NCBI GenBank assembly: GCA_963741945.1
Contig: CAVUKA010000001.1
Span: forward strand, 1,056,001-1,120,000
DNA from: an uncultured Gemmatimonadales bacterium
Lineage (GTDB): Bacteria; Gemmatimonadota; Gemmatimonadetes; Longimicrobiales; RSA9
Reading direction: 5' to 3'
Length of the DNA stretch: 64,000 nucleotides
Shown: one piece after another, positions 1 to 9,691 of the stretch
How positions within the stretch are numbered: the stretch's first letter is position 1
How the letters are laid out: the number at the start of each line of letters is the position of its first letter
Notes under the pieces: generated by a model
What the model saw: the letters and a program-made list of their open reading frames with translations, nothing else
Told to the model about the DNA's origin: nothing
Database searches by the model: none
Translations under genes and position numbers: made by a program

Positions 1-38
1 CCGGCGACCGCGTGGAGATCCGGACGCTGCCGCGCTGA
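1..38 (+). CDS. 3' end of a gene entering the window (…GDRVEIRTLPR*), product unknown
   Basis: GC3-rich codons ending in TGA at 36-38; too short to identify. Confidence 0.4.
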   Translation, partial: GDRVEIRTLPR

Positions 39-114
39 TCCCGGGCGACACGCCTGCGGCGGCCGCGGGCGGTGTGCGGCTCGCGAGGGCCTCTGCGGCA
101 CGTGGGGCCGGCCG

Positions 115-1434
115 TCAGGTATGGAACCCTCGGGCGCCTCCCGCACCGGTCACCCGCGCCGGCGCTGAGGCGGGGGACGCGAAGAACGCGGCGGATCCGC
201 GCTCCGGGAACGCTTCGCGGTATGCGCGCTCCCATTCGATGAGGAAGTCGCCGGCATCCGGTTCCCGGACCAGCGCCCAGACCGAGCCGCCGAACCCCGC
301 GCCGAACGGGGATGCGGCCGGAGCGCCGATCCGGCGGGCGAGTGCGGTCAGCGCCACGGTCTCCGCGACCTGGTTCCCGAGGAGCTCGGCACCCACGACG
401 GCAGAGTGGTTGACCGCGTCCGCGAACGCCGCCAGGTCCCGGGCTTCCAGCGCCCGGAAAGCCGCCCGCACGAGTCCGCACTCCTCCAGGAAGTGCCCGG
501 CCCGGCGGAGGAGCGGACGTTCGTCGAGGCCCAGCCGGGGCGCGCCGTGGCGGATCGCTTCCAGCACGGAAGCCGCGTCCTCGCCGGCTTCCAGCGCGCT
601 TCCGAGCGACCATGCATTCCTTGCCCCGGCCTCACCGCCACCCCGGACCCGCACGCTGCCGTCGCCCGTTCCCGTGGGGAGCGCGTCCGCGTCGACGCGA
701 CCGCTCCCCACCGCCCACGCCAGCCCGGCGTCGGCGGCCATGTCGCTGAGGCGGTTGAACCGCTGCCGCACGGCGCCGCCCTTGTCCGCCACGACACCGC
801 TCACCCCCACGGCGAACAGCCATCCTTCGGGCACGGGCGCACTGTCCAGACCGCGGAAGGGAGCCAGCCCGAAGCGCACGACATGGCCCGCCCGGGCGCA
901 CAGGATCGCCGTGTGGTCCTCGCTCCCGCCGCGCGTGCCCACCTCCCCGCCCCGCTCCACGCTCGCCAGCCACCCCGCCAGCGCTTCCCGGTCCGGCACG
1001 GCCGCGCGGAAGTCCGGCCGCTCCGAAACGGCCCAGACTTCGTCCAGGCCGAGGAACACCGCCGTCAGGAGAGCGCTCGAGCTGCCCAGCCCGGCGGCGG
1101 GGGGAAGGGACGAGCGGAAGCTCAGCCGGGCACCGCCGGCCGGCGCATCGCCGAGGGCGGCGAGCAGCCCCGACACCACGGCTTCCACGTACCGGGACCA
1201 GCCCGGCCCCGCTCCGGCCGGGCGAGCAGCGGCGGGGGCGGCGCCACGCACGAGGACCACGCGGACTTCCTCGCCGCTCTCTTCCGCCCGTACCATGACC
1301 GCGCGACCATCCGCCGGCTCGGCCTCCAGGGTGAATCCGCGGTCCACGGCCACGAGCAGCGCCGGGCCGCCCGCGTAGTCCGTGTGCTTGCCGAGGAGCT
1401 CGATGCGCCCGGGCACGATGACGCGGGCGCTCAC
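115..1434 (-). CDS. GHMP-family sugar kinase (galactokinase-like)
   Basis: PGRIELLGKHTDYAGG (GalK signature variant), PPAAGLGSSSA ATP loop, GAGFGG motif; GTG start overlaps upstream stop (GTGA). Confidence 0.85.
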   Translation of the reverse strand: MSARVIVPGRIELLGKHTDYAGGPALLVAVDRGFTLEAEPADGRAVMVRAEESGEEVRVVLVRGAAPAAARPAGAGPGWSRYVEAVVSGLLAALGDAPAGGARLSFRSSLPPAAGLGSSSALLTAVFLGLDEVWAVSERPDFRAAVPDREALAGWLASVERGGEVGTRGGSEDHTAILCARAGHVVRFGLAPFRGLDSAPVPEGWLFAVGVSGVVADKGGAVRQRFNRLSDMAADAGLAWAVGSGRVDADALPTGTGDGSVRVRGGGEAGARNAWSLGSALEAGEDAASVLEAIRHGAPRLGLDERPLLRRAGHFLEECGLVRAAFRALEARDLAAFADAVNHSAVVGAELLGNQVAETVALTALARRIGAPAASPFGAGFGGSVWALVREPDAGDFLIEWERAYREAFPERGSAAFFASPASAPARVTGAGGARGFHT

Positions 1435-2231
1435 GGGCCGGTCGCCAGCAGGCGCTCCAGCGCGGGGATGTCCTGGCGGCGGGAAAGGTCCAGCACGCCA
1501 GCGCGCACGTGGAGCACCCGAAACAGCGCGCCACGAGACATGGCGAGCGCCACCGCGTCGGGCAGCTCGAGTTCTCCGCGGGGCGAAGGGCCGATCTGGC
1601 GGCACGCGTCGAAAATGGAGTGGTCGAACCTCCACGCCGTCATGCTCACCGGCGCGGCGGCCATCCGCGCTGCCACGTCCGGCCCGGGCTTCTCGACGAT
1701 CTCGACCAGGACGCCATCGCGCTCCTCGATGAGCGCGAACGCCGCAACGCGGCCGGCCGGGATGTTCGATTCCCGCACCAGAGTCTCCCGGTCGAATGCG
1801 GCCAGGCCCGGGCCACCGAGCTCGCGCAGACCGCGCAGGACACTGGCCGGGTAGAGGTTGTCGGCGTTGATGACGACGAAGGGCGCCCCGCCCACCACCG
1901 CCTCCGCCGCGAGCACGGCGTCCGCTCCGCCCCGCGGCTCCGCCTGCACGGCGAACCGGAGCCGGAGCGGCGTCTGGAGAGCTTCTGCCGCCCGGCGGAC
2001 CGGGTCGGCGTCGCCGGGCTGATCAGGCCCGACCACCAGGCACGCCTCGTCGAATCCCGCGGCGACCGCCTCGCCCAGGACATGGGCGAGGAACGGTCTC
2101 CCGCCGAGCGGAACCAGCGTCTTCAGCCCCCGTTCCGCCGCCGCGGCCTGCGCCGCCGTGAGCGGGACATCGGCGGCCTCCCGCATACGCGTTCCGCGGC
2201 CGGCGGCGAGCACCACCAGCATGGGGCTCAC
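1431..2231 (-). CDS. Sugar-1-phosphate nucleotidyltransferase (RmlA/GalU/MurU-like)
   Basis: LAAGRGTRM, K-x-LVPLGGRPFL, QAEPRGGADAV, NADN, VEKP, SPRGELELPDA; GTGA overlap with symporter stop. Confidence 0.85.
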   Translation of the reverse strand: MSPMLVVLAAGRGTRMREAADVPLTAAQAAAAERGLKTLVPLGGRPFLAHVLGEAVAAGFDEACLVVGPDQPGDADPVRRAAEALQTPLRLRFAVQAEPRGGADAVLAAEAVVGGAPFVVINADNLYPASVLRGLRELGGPGLAAFDRETLVRESNIPAGRVAAFALIEERDGVLVEIVEKPGPDVAARMAAAPVSMTAWRFDHSIFDACRQIGPSPRGELELPDAVALAMSRGALFRVLHVRAGVLDLSRRQDIPALERLLATGP

Positions 2232-4099
2232 CCGTCCTCCGCCCCCGGGATCCGACCGTTCGGGGGGCCTTCCCCGCCGGGCGGCGGCCCCCATCGCTCC
2301 GGTCCACCCCGCCCCGCGACCGACCCCCAGATGCGGGCCAGTGCTATGCCGCTCATGATCGCCACCAGCGTGAGCACCGAAGCCGGGACCGAACGGCCGT
2401 AGATCCAGTAACCCACGGCGAACAGGGCCGAGTACACCGTCAGACAGCCAGCCACCATGGCAAGGATGCCGCGCGGAACGGTCCAGTCTCCATCCGGGTC
2501 CGGGAGCGGCTCGCCGGCCGCCGCCGCGCGTTCGGCCACCGCCCGCCACCCGGGTCCGCCGGGGCGGGCGATCCGATAGAAGCGACGCAGCGTGGCGTCG
2601 CCGGTGGGGCGGGTCGCGAACGTCACCAGCACCCACGCCGCAGTGGTGATGAGCACGCCCGCCACGAGCTTGAGCGAGGGCGCGACCACGAGCCCGGGGA
2701 TGAGCCGGGGCTGGATGATCTCGAACCAGAGCGCGACGGCGAAGCTCACGACCATGGCCGTGATCTCGCCGTACGCGTTGATGCGCCACCAGAACCAGCG
2801 GAGGATGAAGAGCAGGCCCGTTCCAGCGCCCACCTGCAGGAGTATCTGGAAAGCCCGATACGCGTTCTGGAGCCAGAGCGTGAGTGCGGCGGCGAGGACC
2901 ATGAGGAGGACCGTCGTCGCCCGACCCACGGTCACGAGCGTCCGTTCGCTCGCCTCCGGGTCGACGAACCGGCGCCAGAAGTCGTTGACGACGTAGCTGG
3001 AGCCCCAGTTCAGGTGCGTGGACATGGTGGACATGTACGCCGCAGCCAACGACGCCACGACGAGTCCCAGGAGCCCGGCCGGCAGGAAAGTGAGCATGGC
3101 CGGGTAGCCCAGGTCGTGCCCGAGGATGCCCGGCTCGATGGCCGGGAACGCCTGCTGGATGGAGTCCAGCGTCGGGAACACCACCAGCGACGCGAGCCCC
3201 ACCAGGATCCACGGCCATGGCCGGAGCGCGTAGTGCGCCGCGTTGAAGAAGAGCGTGGCCGCCGTGGCATCCGTCTCATCGCGCGCGGAGAGCATCCGCT
3301 GCGCGATGTAGCCACCGCCGCCGGGCTCGGAGCCGGGATACCACACGCTCCACCACTGCACCGCGAGCGGGATCACGAACAGCGGAACGAACGCGGTCGG
3401 ATCGTGGAAGTCCGGGAGGATGGACAGGCGCGTGGCGACAGCCGGGTTCGCGAACAGGCCGTGCAACCCGCCCACCTGCGGGAGCCGCACCGCCACCACG
3501 GCGGCGGCCACCGATCCTGCCATGGCGGTGATGAACAGGAGGAAATCGGTGAGCAGCACCCCCGTCAGCCCGCCCAGAGCGCTGAACAGCACGGTCACGC
3601 CCCCCGCCACCACCAGGGTCATGACCGGGGACACCCCCAGCAGCACGCGCCCGATCTTCACCGCGGCCAGTGAGACCGTGGCCATGATCATCACGTTGAA
3701 GAACACGCCCAGGTAGAGGGCGCGGAAGCCACGCAGGAACGCCGCGGGCGCGCCGCCGTAGCGGATCTCGTAGAACTCCAGGTCCGTCATGACGCCCGCG
3801 CGCCGCCACAGCTTGGCGTAGACGAAGACGGTGAGCATCCCCGTGAGCAGGAACGCCCACCACACCCAGTTCCCCGACACGCCCCCCTGACGGACGATGT
3901 CCGTCACCAGGTTCGGCGTGTCCGTGGAGAACGTGGTGGCCACCATGGACGTCCCGAGCAGCCACCACGGCATGCTGCGGCCGGAAAGGAAGAACTCGCC
4001 GGTGTCGCGGCCGGCTCGCCGTGCCGCCCACAGCCCGATGGCCAGAGCGATGGCGAAGTAGAGGGCGACAATGAGCCAGTCGAGGGGGGCGAGGCGCAT
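2228..4099 (-). CDS. Sodium:solute symporter (SSS family)
   Basis: EFFLSGRSMPWWLLGTSMVATTFSTDTP, QRMLSARDE, many hydrophobic helices; start at MRLAPLDW. Confidence 0.9.
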   Translation of the reverse strand: MRLAPLDWLIVALYFAIALAIGLWAARRAGRDTGEFFLSGRSMPWWLLGTSMVATTFSTDTPNLVTDIVRQGGVSGNWVWWAFLLTGMLTVFVYAKLWRRAGVMTDLEFYEIRYGGAPAAFLRGFRALYLGVFFNVMIMATVSLAAVKIGRVLLGVSPVMTLVVAGGVTVLFSALGGLTGVLLTDFLLFITAMAGSVAAAVVAVRLPQVGGLHGLFANPAVATRLSILPDFHDPTAFVPLFVIPLAVQWWSVWYPGSEPGGGGYIAQRMLSARDETDATAATLFFNAAHYALRPWPWILVGLASLVVFPTLDSIQQAFPAIEPGILGHDLGYPAMLTFLPAGLLGLVVASLAAAYMSTMSTHLNWGSSYVVNDFWRRFVDPEASERTLVTVGRATTVLLMVLAAALTLWLQNAYRAFQILLQVGAGTGLLFILRWFWWRINAYGEITAMVVSFAVALWFEIIQPRLIPGLVVAPSLKLVAGVLITTAAWVLVTFATRPTGDATLRRFYRIARPGGPGWRAVAERAAAAGEPLPDPDGDWTVPRGILAMVAGCLTVYSALFAVGYWIYGRSVPASVLTLVAIMSGIALARIWGSVAGRGGPERWGPPPGGEGPPNGRIPGAEDG

Positions 4100-4182
4100 G
4101 GGGGTGCAGTTTCGGCGGCGGCGGGCGTTGGCGCAACGGCTTCGAGGGTCGATCCGCCCGCCGGCTGGGGCGCGAGGGGCCT

Positions 4183-5280
4183 TTACGGGCCGGTGCGGGT
4201 GTCCACGTCCTCGAGGAACCGGATCAGGCCGGTGAACCAGGTGGCCTGATCGTCGTACATGTCGAGGTGGCTGCCGTTCGGCGCGTACAGGAACCGCCCG
4301 TGCTGCACCTGCCCCGCCATCCACCTCATGTAGTCCGGGTCCATGGTGTCGTAGCGGGAGCCGATCACGAGCGTGGGGACGCGGATGTCCTGCAGGTCGG
4401 CGGAGCGGTCCCAGTCCTCGAGCGTGCCGCTGATTCCCAGCTCGCTGGGGCCCTGCATGCGCACGTAGATGTCGGGGTTGAGGTGGCTCATGGCCCGCAT
4501 CACCGGCTCGGGCCACTGGTCGGGCGGCATGCGCAGCACGTGTTTCGTGTAGTGGCTGGGCATGAGGAGCGCCATGTAGCGCGGGTCGTCCGTCCGGCCG
4601 GACTCCTCGAGCGCCAGGATCTGCCGGAGCGTGTCCTGGTTCATGGCCGGCATCAGGACCTCGTGGGCGTAGCGGTCGTACGCCGGCGCGCTGGCCATCA
4701 TGTTGGAGATGATCAGCCCCTTCAGGTTCTTCTGGTACTTGAGCGCGTACTCCATGGCCAGGATGCCGCCCCAGGAGTGGCCCAGGAGGAAGAAGTTCGT
4801 GGAGTCGAGACCGAGCGCCTTCCGCACCTGCTCCACCTCCTCCACGAAGCGCGGGATGTTCCAGAGCGTGGTGTCATCGGGCTGGTCGCTGTACGCCGAG
4901 CCCAGCTGGTCGTAGTAGTAGTATTCAACCCCCGCCGTCGGCAGCCAGGAATCGGCGCCCTCGAAGTACTCGTGCGTGAGCCCCGGGCCGCCGTGCAGGA
5001 GCAGCAGCTTGATCCGGGGGTTGTTCCCCACCCGCTTGGTCCACACGCGGAACGTACCCGACGGCGTCTCGATGGGGATCATCCGCACGCCGCCACCCAG
5101 GACGGCCGAGTGCGGCTGCCCCGCAGTGTCGAAGTACTCGTGGAGCGTGGGCGGCGACGCCGGGCCGGGCCGGCCTCCGGCCTGCGCGGCCGCCGGGGCC
5201 GCGCCGGGCAGCGGGGCGAGGACGGTGGCGGCGCCCACAATGGCCGTCCGGATGAGCGCGCGGAGGTGCGAGCGGTGCAC
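4183..5280 (-). CDS. Secreted proline iminopeptidase-family alpha/beta hydrolase (S33)
   Basis: signal peptide, LLHGGPG, YDQLG, GHSWGG nucleophile, D and H (GSH) triad residues. Confidence 0.88.
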   Translation of the reverse strand: MHRSHLRALIRTAIVGAATVLAPLPGAAPAAAQAGGRPGPASPPTLHEYFDTAGQPHSAVLGGGVRMIPIETPSGTFRVWTKRVGNNPRIKLLLLHGGPGLTHEYFEGADSWLPTAGVEYYYYDQLGSAYSDQPDDTTLWNIPRFVEEVEQVRKALGLDSTNFFLLGHSWGGILAMEYALKYQKNLKGLIISNMMASAPAYDRYAHEVLMPAMNQDTLRQILALEESGRTDDPRYMALLMPSHYTKHVLRMPPDQWPEPVMRAMSHLNPDIYVRMQGPSELGISGTLEDWDRSADLQDIRVPTLVIGSRYDTMDPDYMRWMAGQVQHGRFLYAPNGSHLDMYDDQATWFTGLIRFLEDVDTRTGP

Positions 5281-5538
5281 GGCTGGACTCCGGCTAGAGG
5301 GAGAGAGGTGTGCCGTTTCAGACTAGGCCCGGCGCGCGGGAGCCGGCAAGTGCGGGCTTCGTGGCTCCGTGGCTTCATGTGAGCCTCCGGTGGCCCTGCG
5401 CGGTCCTCAGCGCCCCACGGACCGCCCGACCGACCGGCGGCACCCTTCCCGGCGGCACTTCCTTGCGCGCGCGCCCCCGGGTCGGCAACCTACGCGACGA
5501 GCCATCGAAATCCCGTCCCGGACAAACGGATAGACGCC

Positions 5539-7677
5539 ATGTTTACGCGCGCAAAAGGCCGGCTGCTGCTCCCGGCGCTGCTCCTCCTTGCGGCCCCGGC
5601 CGCCGCCCAGACGGTGGAGATCGACACGATCCCCGGGCGCTTCGACTTCGGGAAGATGTGGACGTACGAATACCCGCCCATGCAGTACTTCACGGAGACG
5701 TACGGCTTCCAGGCGGACCAGGCGTGGTTCGACCGCGTGCGAATGAGCGTGCTGCGGATCCCCGGGTGCTCGGCCTCGTTCGTTTCCCCGAACGGGCTCG
5801 TCGCGACGAACCATCACTGCGTCCGCGGGCGGCTGCAGTCGGTCCAGCGGGATGGGGAGTCGCTGCTGGACAATGGCTTCTACGCCCGTACGCTGGACGA
5901 GGAACGTCGCATACCGGGGTACTACGCGGACCGGCTGATCGCAGCGCGGGACGTGAGCGACGCGGTGCTTTCGGCCGTGGACGCCGCGGCAGGCACCGAG
6001 GCGAAAGCGGCCGCCCGGGATTCGGCCGTGGCCCGGGTCCGGCGCGACCTGCAGCAGGAGTTCGGCGACGTGCACGTGGAAGTGCGGGCGCTGTATCACG
6101 GAGGCCGCTACTCCGCGTATGTGTTCCGCCGCTTCACGGACGTCCGGCTGGTGGCGGCGGTGGAGCTCCAGATGGGCTTCTTCGGCGGCGACGCGGACAA
6201 CTTCACGTACCCGCGCTACGCCCTCGATTTCGCGTTCCTGCGCGTCTACGACGATGACGGCAGGCCGTTCCAGAGCGAGCAGCACCTGGGCTGGAGTCTG
6301 GACGGCGTGGAGGAAGGAAGCACGGTCTTCGTGGTGGGCAATCCCGGGCCCACGAGCCGGCTCCTGACCATGGCGCAGCTGGGATTCAGCCGCGACGTGG
6401 TGACGCCGTTCACCGTTCGCGCGCTGAACGAGCGGCTGGATGCGATGCACGCGTTCTACGAGGCCGAGCCGGGGCTGGGCGAGGCGATGGACCTGCGCAA
6501 TGTCATGTTCGGACTGAGCAACTCGCTGAAAGCGTACGCGGGCCGGCTGGATGCGCTCCGGACGCCGGAGATCATGGCGCGGAAGCGGCTCGCCGAGGAG
6601 CGGTTCCTGGATTCCATCGCGACGGACCCCGAGCTGAGCCGGCAGTTCGGCGACGTGGTGGACCGGATCGCCGCGCTGCAGGCGGAGAAGCGGGAGCTGG
6701 CCACTTCGTACGGCGCGTTCCGTCTCTTCGGTAGCCCGCGCGCCTCTTCGGCCATGCTGCTGCGCGCGCTCTACGTCGCGCAGATGCTGCAGGCCCGGGC
6801 TGCGGGAAACGGCGAGCAGGCGGCGGTGCTTCAGCGGCGGGCGCTGGAAGTGGAGGACCTGCCGGCACAGTTGGAGCACGCGCTCCTGTCGCTGCGACTC
6901 CAGGATTTCCAGCACTACTTCGGGGCGGATGACCCGCTCACGCACCAGGCGCTCCAGGAGCTGACGCCGGCCGAGGCCGCCACCGCGCTCCTGGAAGGGA
7001 GCCAGCTTTCGGACAGGGCCACGGCGGCCACGCTGGTGGAGTCGGGCGACCCCGCCGCGGACCCGGCGGTGCAGCTCGCGATGGCGGTTCTGCCCCGCTT
7101 CGACGCATACCAGGAGGGGTGGCGCCAGGTGTCGGAGCGCGAGGACGAGCTGGCCGCGGAGCTGGGGCGGGCGCGCTTCGAAGTGTACGGGACGAGCGTG
7201 CCGCCGGACGCGACGTCGTCGCCCCGGATCACCGATGGGGTGGTTCGGCCCTACGAGTACAACGGCACGATCGCTCCGGTCTACACCACGTTCTACGGCA
7301 TGTACGACCACTACTGGTCGTACGGGCAGAACTCGGACTGGGCCCTCCCCTCCCGCTGGCTGCCGCCGCCCGCGGGACTGGACCTGAACACGCCGCTCGA
7401 CTTCATTTCGACCGCCGACACCTACGGCGGCAACTCGGGCTCTCCGGCGATCACGCCGGCCGTGGAGATGGTGGGGCTGAACTTCGACCGCAACATCGAG
7501 GGGCTCTCCCGCGACTTCATCTACCTGCCCCAGCGGGGCCGCAACATCATGGTGGACGTGCGCGCCATCACCGAAGCGCTGGACGACGTCTACGATGCGG
7601 ACCGGATCGTGGAAGAGCTGATCACGGGGAAGCTGGTCCCACGGGAGAAGGATGCGAACGAAGCCATCCGGCGATAG
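5539..7677 (+). CDS. S46 family dipeptidyl peptidase (DPP7/DPP11-like), secreted
   Basis: signal peptide, GKMW, CSASFVSPNGLVATNHHC, GGNSGSP, VGLNFD. Confidence 0.92.
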   Translation: MFTRAKGRLLLPALLLLAAPAAAQTVEIDTIPGRFDFGKMWTYEYPPMQYFTETYGFQADQAWFDRVRMSVLRIPGCSASFVSPNGLVATNHHCVRGRLQSVQRDGESLLDNGFYARTLDEERRIPGYYADRLIAARDVSDAVLSAVDAAAGTEAKAAARDSAVARVRRDLQQEFGDVHVEVRALYHGGRYSAYVFRRFTDVRLVAAVELQMGFFGGDADNFTYPRYALDFAFLRVYDDDGRPFQSEQHLGWSLDGVEEGSTVFVVGNPGPTSRLLTMAQLGFSRDVVTPFTVRALNERLDAMHAFYEAEPGLGEAMDLRNVMFGLSNSLKAYAGRLDALRTPEIMARKRLAEERFLDSIATDPELSRQFGDVVDRIAALQAEKRELATSYGAFRLFGSPRASSAMLLRALYVAQMLQARAAGNGEQAAVLQRRALEVEDLPAQLEHALLSLRLQDFQHYFGADDPLTHQALQELTPAEAATALLEGSQLSDRATAATLVESGDPAADPAVQLAMAVLPRFDAYQEGWRQVSEREDELAAELGRARFEVYGTSVPPDATSSPRITDGVVRPYEYNGTIAPVYTTFYGMYDHYWSYGQNSDWALPSRWLPPPAGLDLNTPLDFISTADTYGGNSGSPAITPAVEMVGLNFDRNIEGLSRDFIYLPQRGRNIMVDVRAITEALDDVYDADRIVEELITGKLVPREKDANEAIRR

Positions 7678-8650
7678 CCCGGCGGAGGTCGCCGCCGGAC
7701 CGAAGCGGACGCCGCCGCCCGGTCTCGGGCGCGCGGCGCCGTACCCGGAGGCTGGCGGCTCGCGCGCCGGGCGGTGGCTCGTGGGCGGTTGGCTGGTGGC
7801 GACGGCTGTGGTTCTGTCGCTTCCCGGTCCGAACCATCCGCTCCGGCTGGCGCTGGTGGTGCTCCACCTGGCGCTGGCACACCTGCTGTTCGAGCGTCCG
7901 TTCCCGGGCGGCGCGGCCCTGACCGGCAATCGGTCTTCCGCTGCGGTCGCGGACTGGGCGCCGCTCCTCATCGCTCCGATCTTCTACTGGGAGGCGCCGC
8001 TCCTCGCCAGCGTTCTGCACGGGCCGCTCGTCTTCGATGCCGTGGTCGAGCATTGGGACCAGGTGCTGTTCCATACCCAGCCGAGCCAGTGGCTGACTGC
8101 GACGTGGCCGTCGCCCTGGATTTCGGAGCCGCTGCACGCCGCCTACCTGTCGTATTACCTGTTCGTCGCGCTGCCGCCGCTCGCCCTCTACTTCTCCGGG
8201 CGCCTGGAGGGGTTCCGACGCGTCGGCTTCACCCTCGCCCTCGCCTTCATCATCCATTCGGCCATATTCGCGATCTTCCCGGTCCTCGGTCCGCGATACC
8301 TGTTCCCCGCGCCGCAGGGACCGCTGGACAGGGGCCTATTCTATCAACTCGCGCACCGGCTGCTCGAAGCGGCATCCAGCCCCGGGACGGCATTCCCGTC
8401 CAGCCACGTGGGACTGGCCGCCGCCATCACCGTCTCGCTGCACCGGGAGATGCCCAGGATCACACCCTGGGCCGCCGCCCTCGCCGCGGCTCTCGCCCTC
8501 GGCACCGTCTATGGCGGCTTCCATTACGGCGCGGACGCGCTGGCCGGCGCAGTCCTCGGTACCACGCTCGGGGTGGTGGCCCCCTCACTGAGGGACCTGC
8601 TGTCCGGCGTCAGCGTGCCAGTTCCGCACTCGCCGCCCGTGCGCCCCTGA
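7652..8650 (+). CDS. PAP2-family membrane phosphatase/phosphotransferase (Aur1/IPC-synthase-like)
   Basis: PVLGPRY, AFPSSH, GFHYGAD motifs with multiple TM helices; true start uncertain. Confidence 0.75.
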   Translation: MRTKPSGDSPAEVAAGPKRTPPPGLGRAAPYPEAGGSRAGRWLVGGWLVATAVVLSLPGPNHPLRLALVVLHLALAHLLFERPFPGGAALTGNRSSAAVADWAPLLIAPIFYWEAPLLASVLHGPLVFDAVVEHWDQVLFHTQPSQWLTATWPSPWISEPLHAAYLSYYLFVALPPLALYFSGRLEGFRRVGFTLALAFIIHSAIFAIFPVLGPRYLFPAPQGPLDRGLFYQLAHRLLEAASSPGTAFPSSHVGLAAAITVSLHREMPRITPWAAALAAALALGTVYGGFHYGADALAGAVLGTTLGVVAPSLRDLLSGVSVPVPHSPPVRP

Positions 8651-9083
8651 GGGCCACCGCATCTTCGACGAGCGCCAGCGTAATCCCGCTCAGGCCCACC
8701 CCGCCGACGCGCGTGCGCAACACCCAGCCCGCGAACGCGGCCGCGACGGCAGCGCCCGAGCCAATGGCGGCGCCGAGCGCCCGCGCTTCCTCGCCCCCGG
8801 CCAGCGCCCCGAGCGTGCCCCCGATGGCTGCACGCCCGAGCAGTGGGCCCGGGGTGATCCGGCCGGGGACCCCCGGAAGCTTGTCCACCAGCAGCTCCCC
8901 GGCGGCGCAAACCGCGAGCGTGGTGGCGACGGTGTCGCGGGCCAGCCACCGCTCGAGGCGAGTCCAGCGCCGGCGTGGCCGACGACGCGAGGCCAGCTGC
9001 CGGGCGGTCCACGCCAGCCCGCTCATGCTCCGCAGCCCCGTCACCGCTCCGAGCGCTGCGGCCGTGGTCAACGAACGATCCAT
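8610..9083 (-). CDS. Small membrane protein (DUF4126-like)
   Basis: GLRS, GELLVDKLP, ALVEDAVA motifs; hydrophobic. Confidence 0.7.
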   Translation of the reverse strand: MDRSLTTAAALGAVTGLRSMSGLAWTARQLASRRRPRRRWTRLERWLARDTVATTLAVCAAGELLVDKLPGVPGRITPGPLLGRAAIGGTLGALAGGEEARALGAAIGSGAAVAAAFAGWVLRTRVGGVGLSGITLALVEDAVALRGARAASAELAR

Positions 9084-9138
9084 GAATCCTCCGTATTCTC
9101 GGGTTCCCCTGGGCGAACCCCGTTGCGATCTTCCTGCC

Positions 9139-9567
9139 ATGCTCGACGAGTATCCCCACCCGCCCACCCGTGTGATGCTCGCCCGCGCACTCCGGCGCCG
9201 TTGTCCGCTGTGCGGCTCGGAAGGGCTGTTCCGGGGGTGGGTGGACCCGCGGCATGAATGCCCGCGGTGTGAGCTGAAGCTGAATCGCGGCGAGGGGGAC
9301 TTCTTCCTCGGGGCGTACACGCTCAACTTCATCGCCGTGGAGCTTCTCCTGGTGGTGTTCCTCGGCCTGGGCGTGATCTTCACCTGGCCGGACGTACCAT
9401 GGCAATGGCTGGCGTGGATCGGCGTGCCGCTCATGGTTCTCGCTCCCATCGCCTTCTACCCGCTCTCCCGCCTGATCTGGCTGGCCCTGGACCTCTCCAT
9501 GCGCCCGCCCACACCCAGGGACTTCCCCGAGCCCGGGCTGCCGCACGACGACGACCGGATCTCCTGA
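9139..9567 (+). CDS. DUF983-like membrane protein with Zn-ribbon
   Basis: RCPLCGSEGLF…CPRC followed by two TM helices. Confidence 0.8.
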   Translation: MLDEYPHPPTRVMLARALRRRCPLCGSEGLFRGWVDPRHECPRCELKLNRGEGDFFLGAYTLNFIAVELLLVVFLGLGVIFTWPDVPWQWLAWIGVPLMVLAPIAFYPLSRLIWLALDLSMRPPTPRDFPEPGLPHDDDRIS

Positions 9568-9691
9568 GCCGCCGAAGCCGCGGCGATGGGGCCCGCGCCT
9601 GGACGCGCGGGCGGAACAGTTCCTGCCCTGACCACTTCCCGTCCCTGGCCACGCCTGTGGCCGCAGGCGGAACCGACAGCGGGAGCATGAC

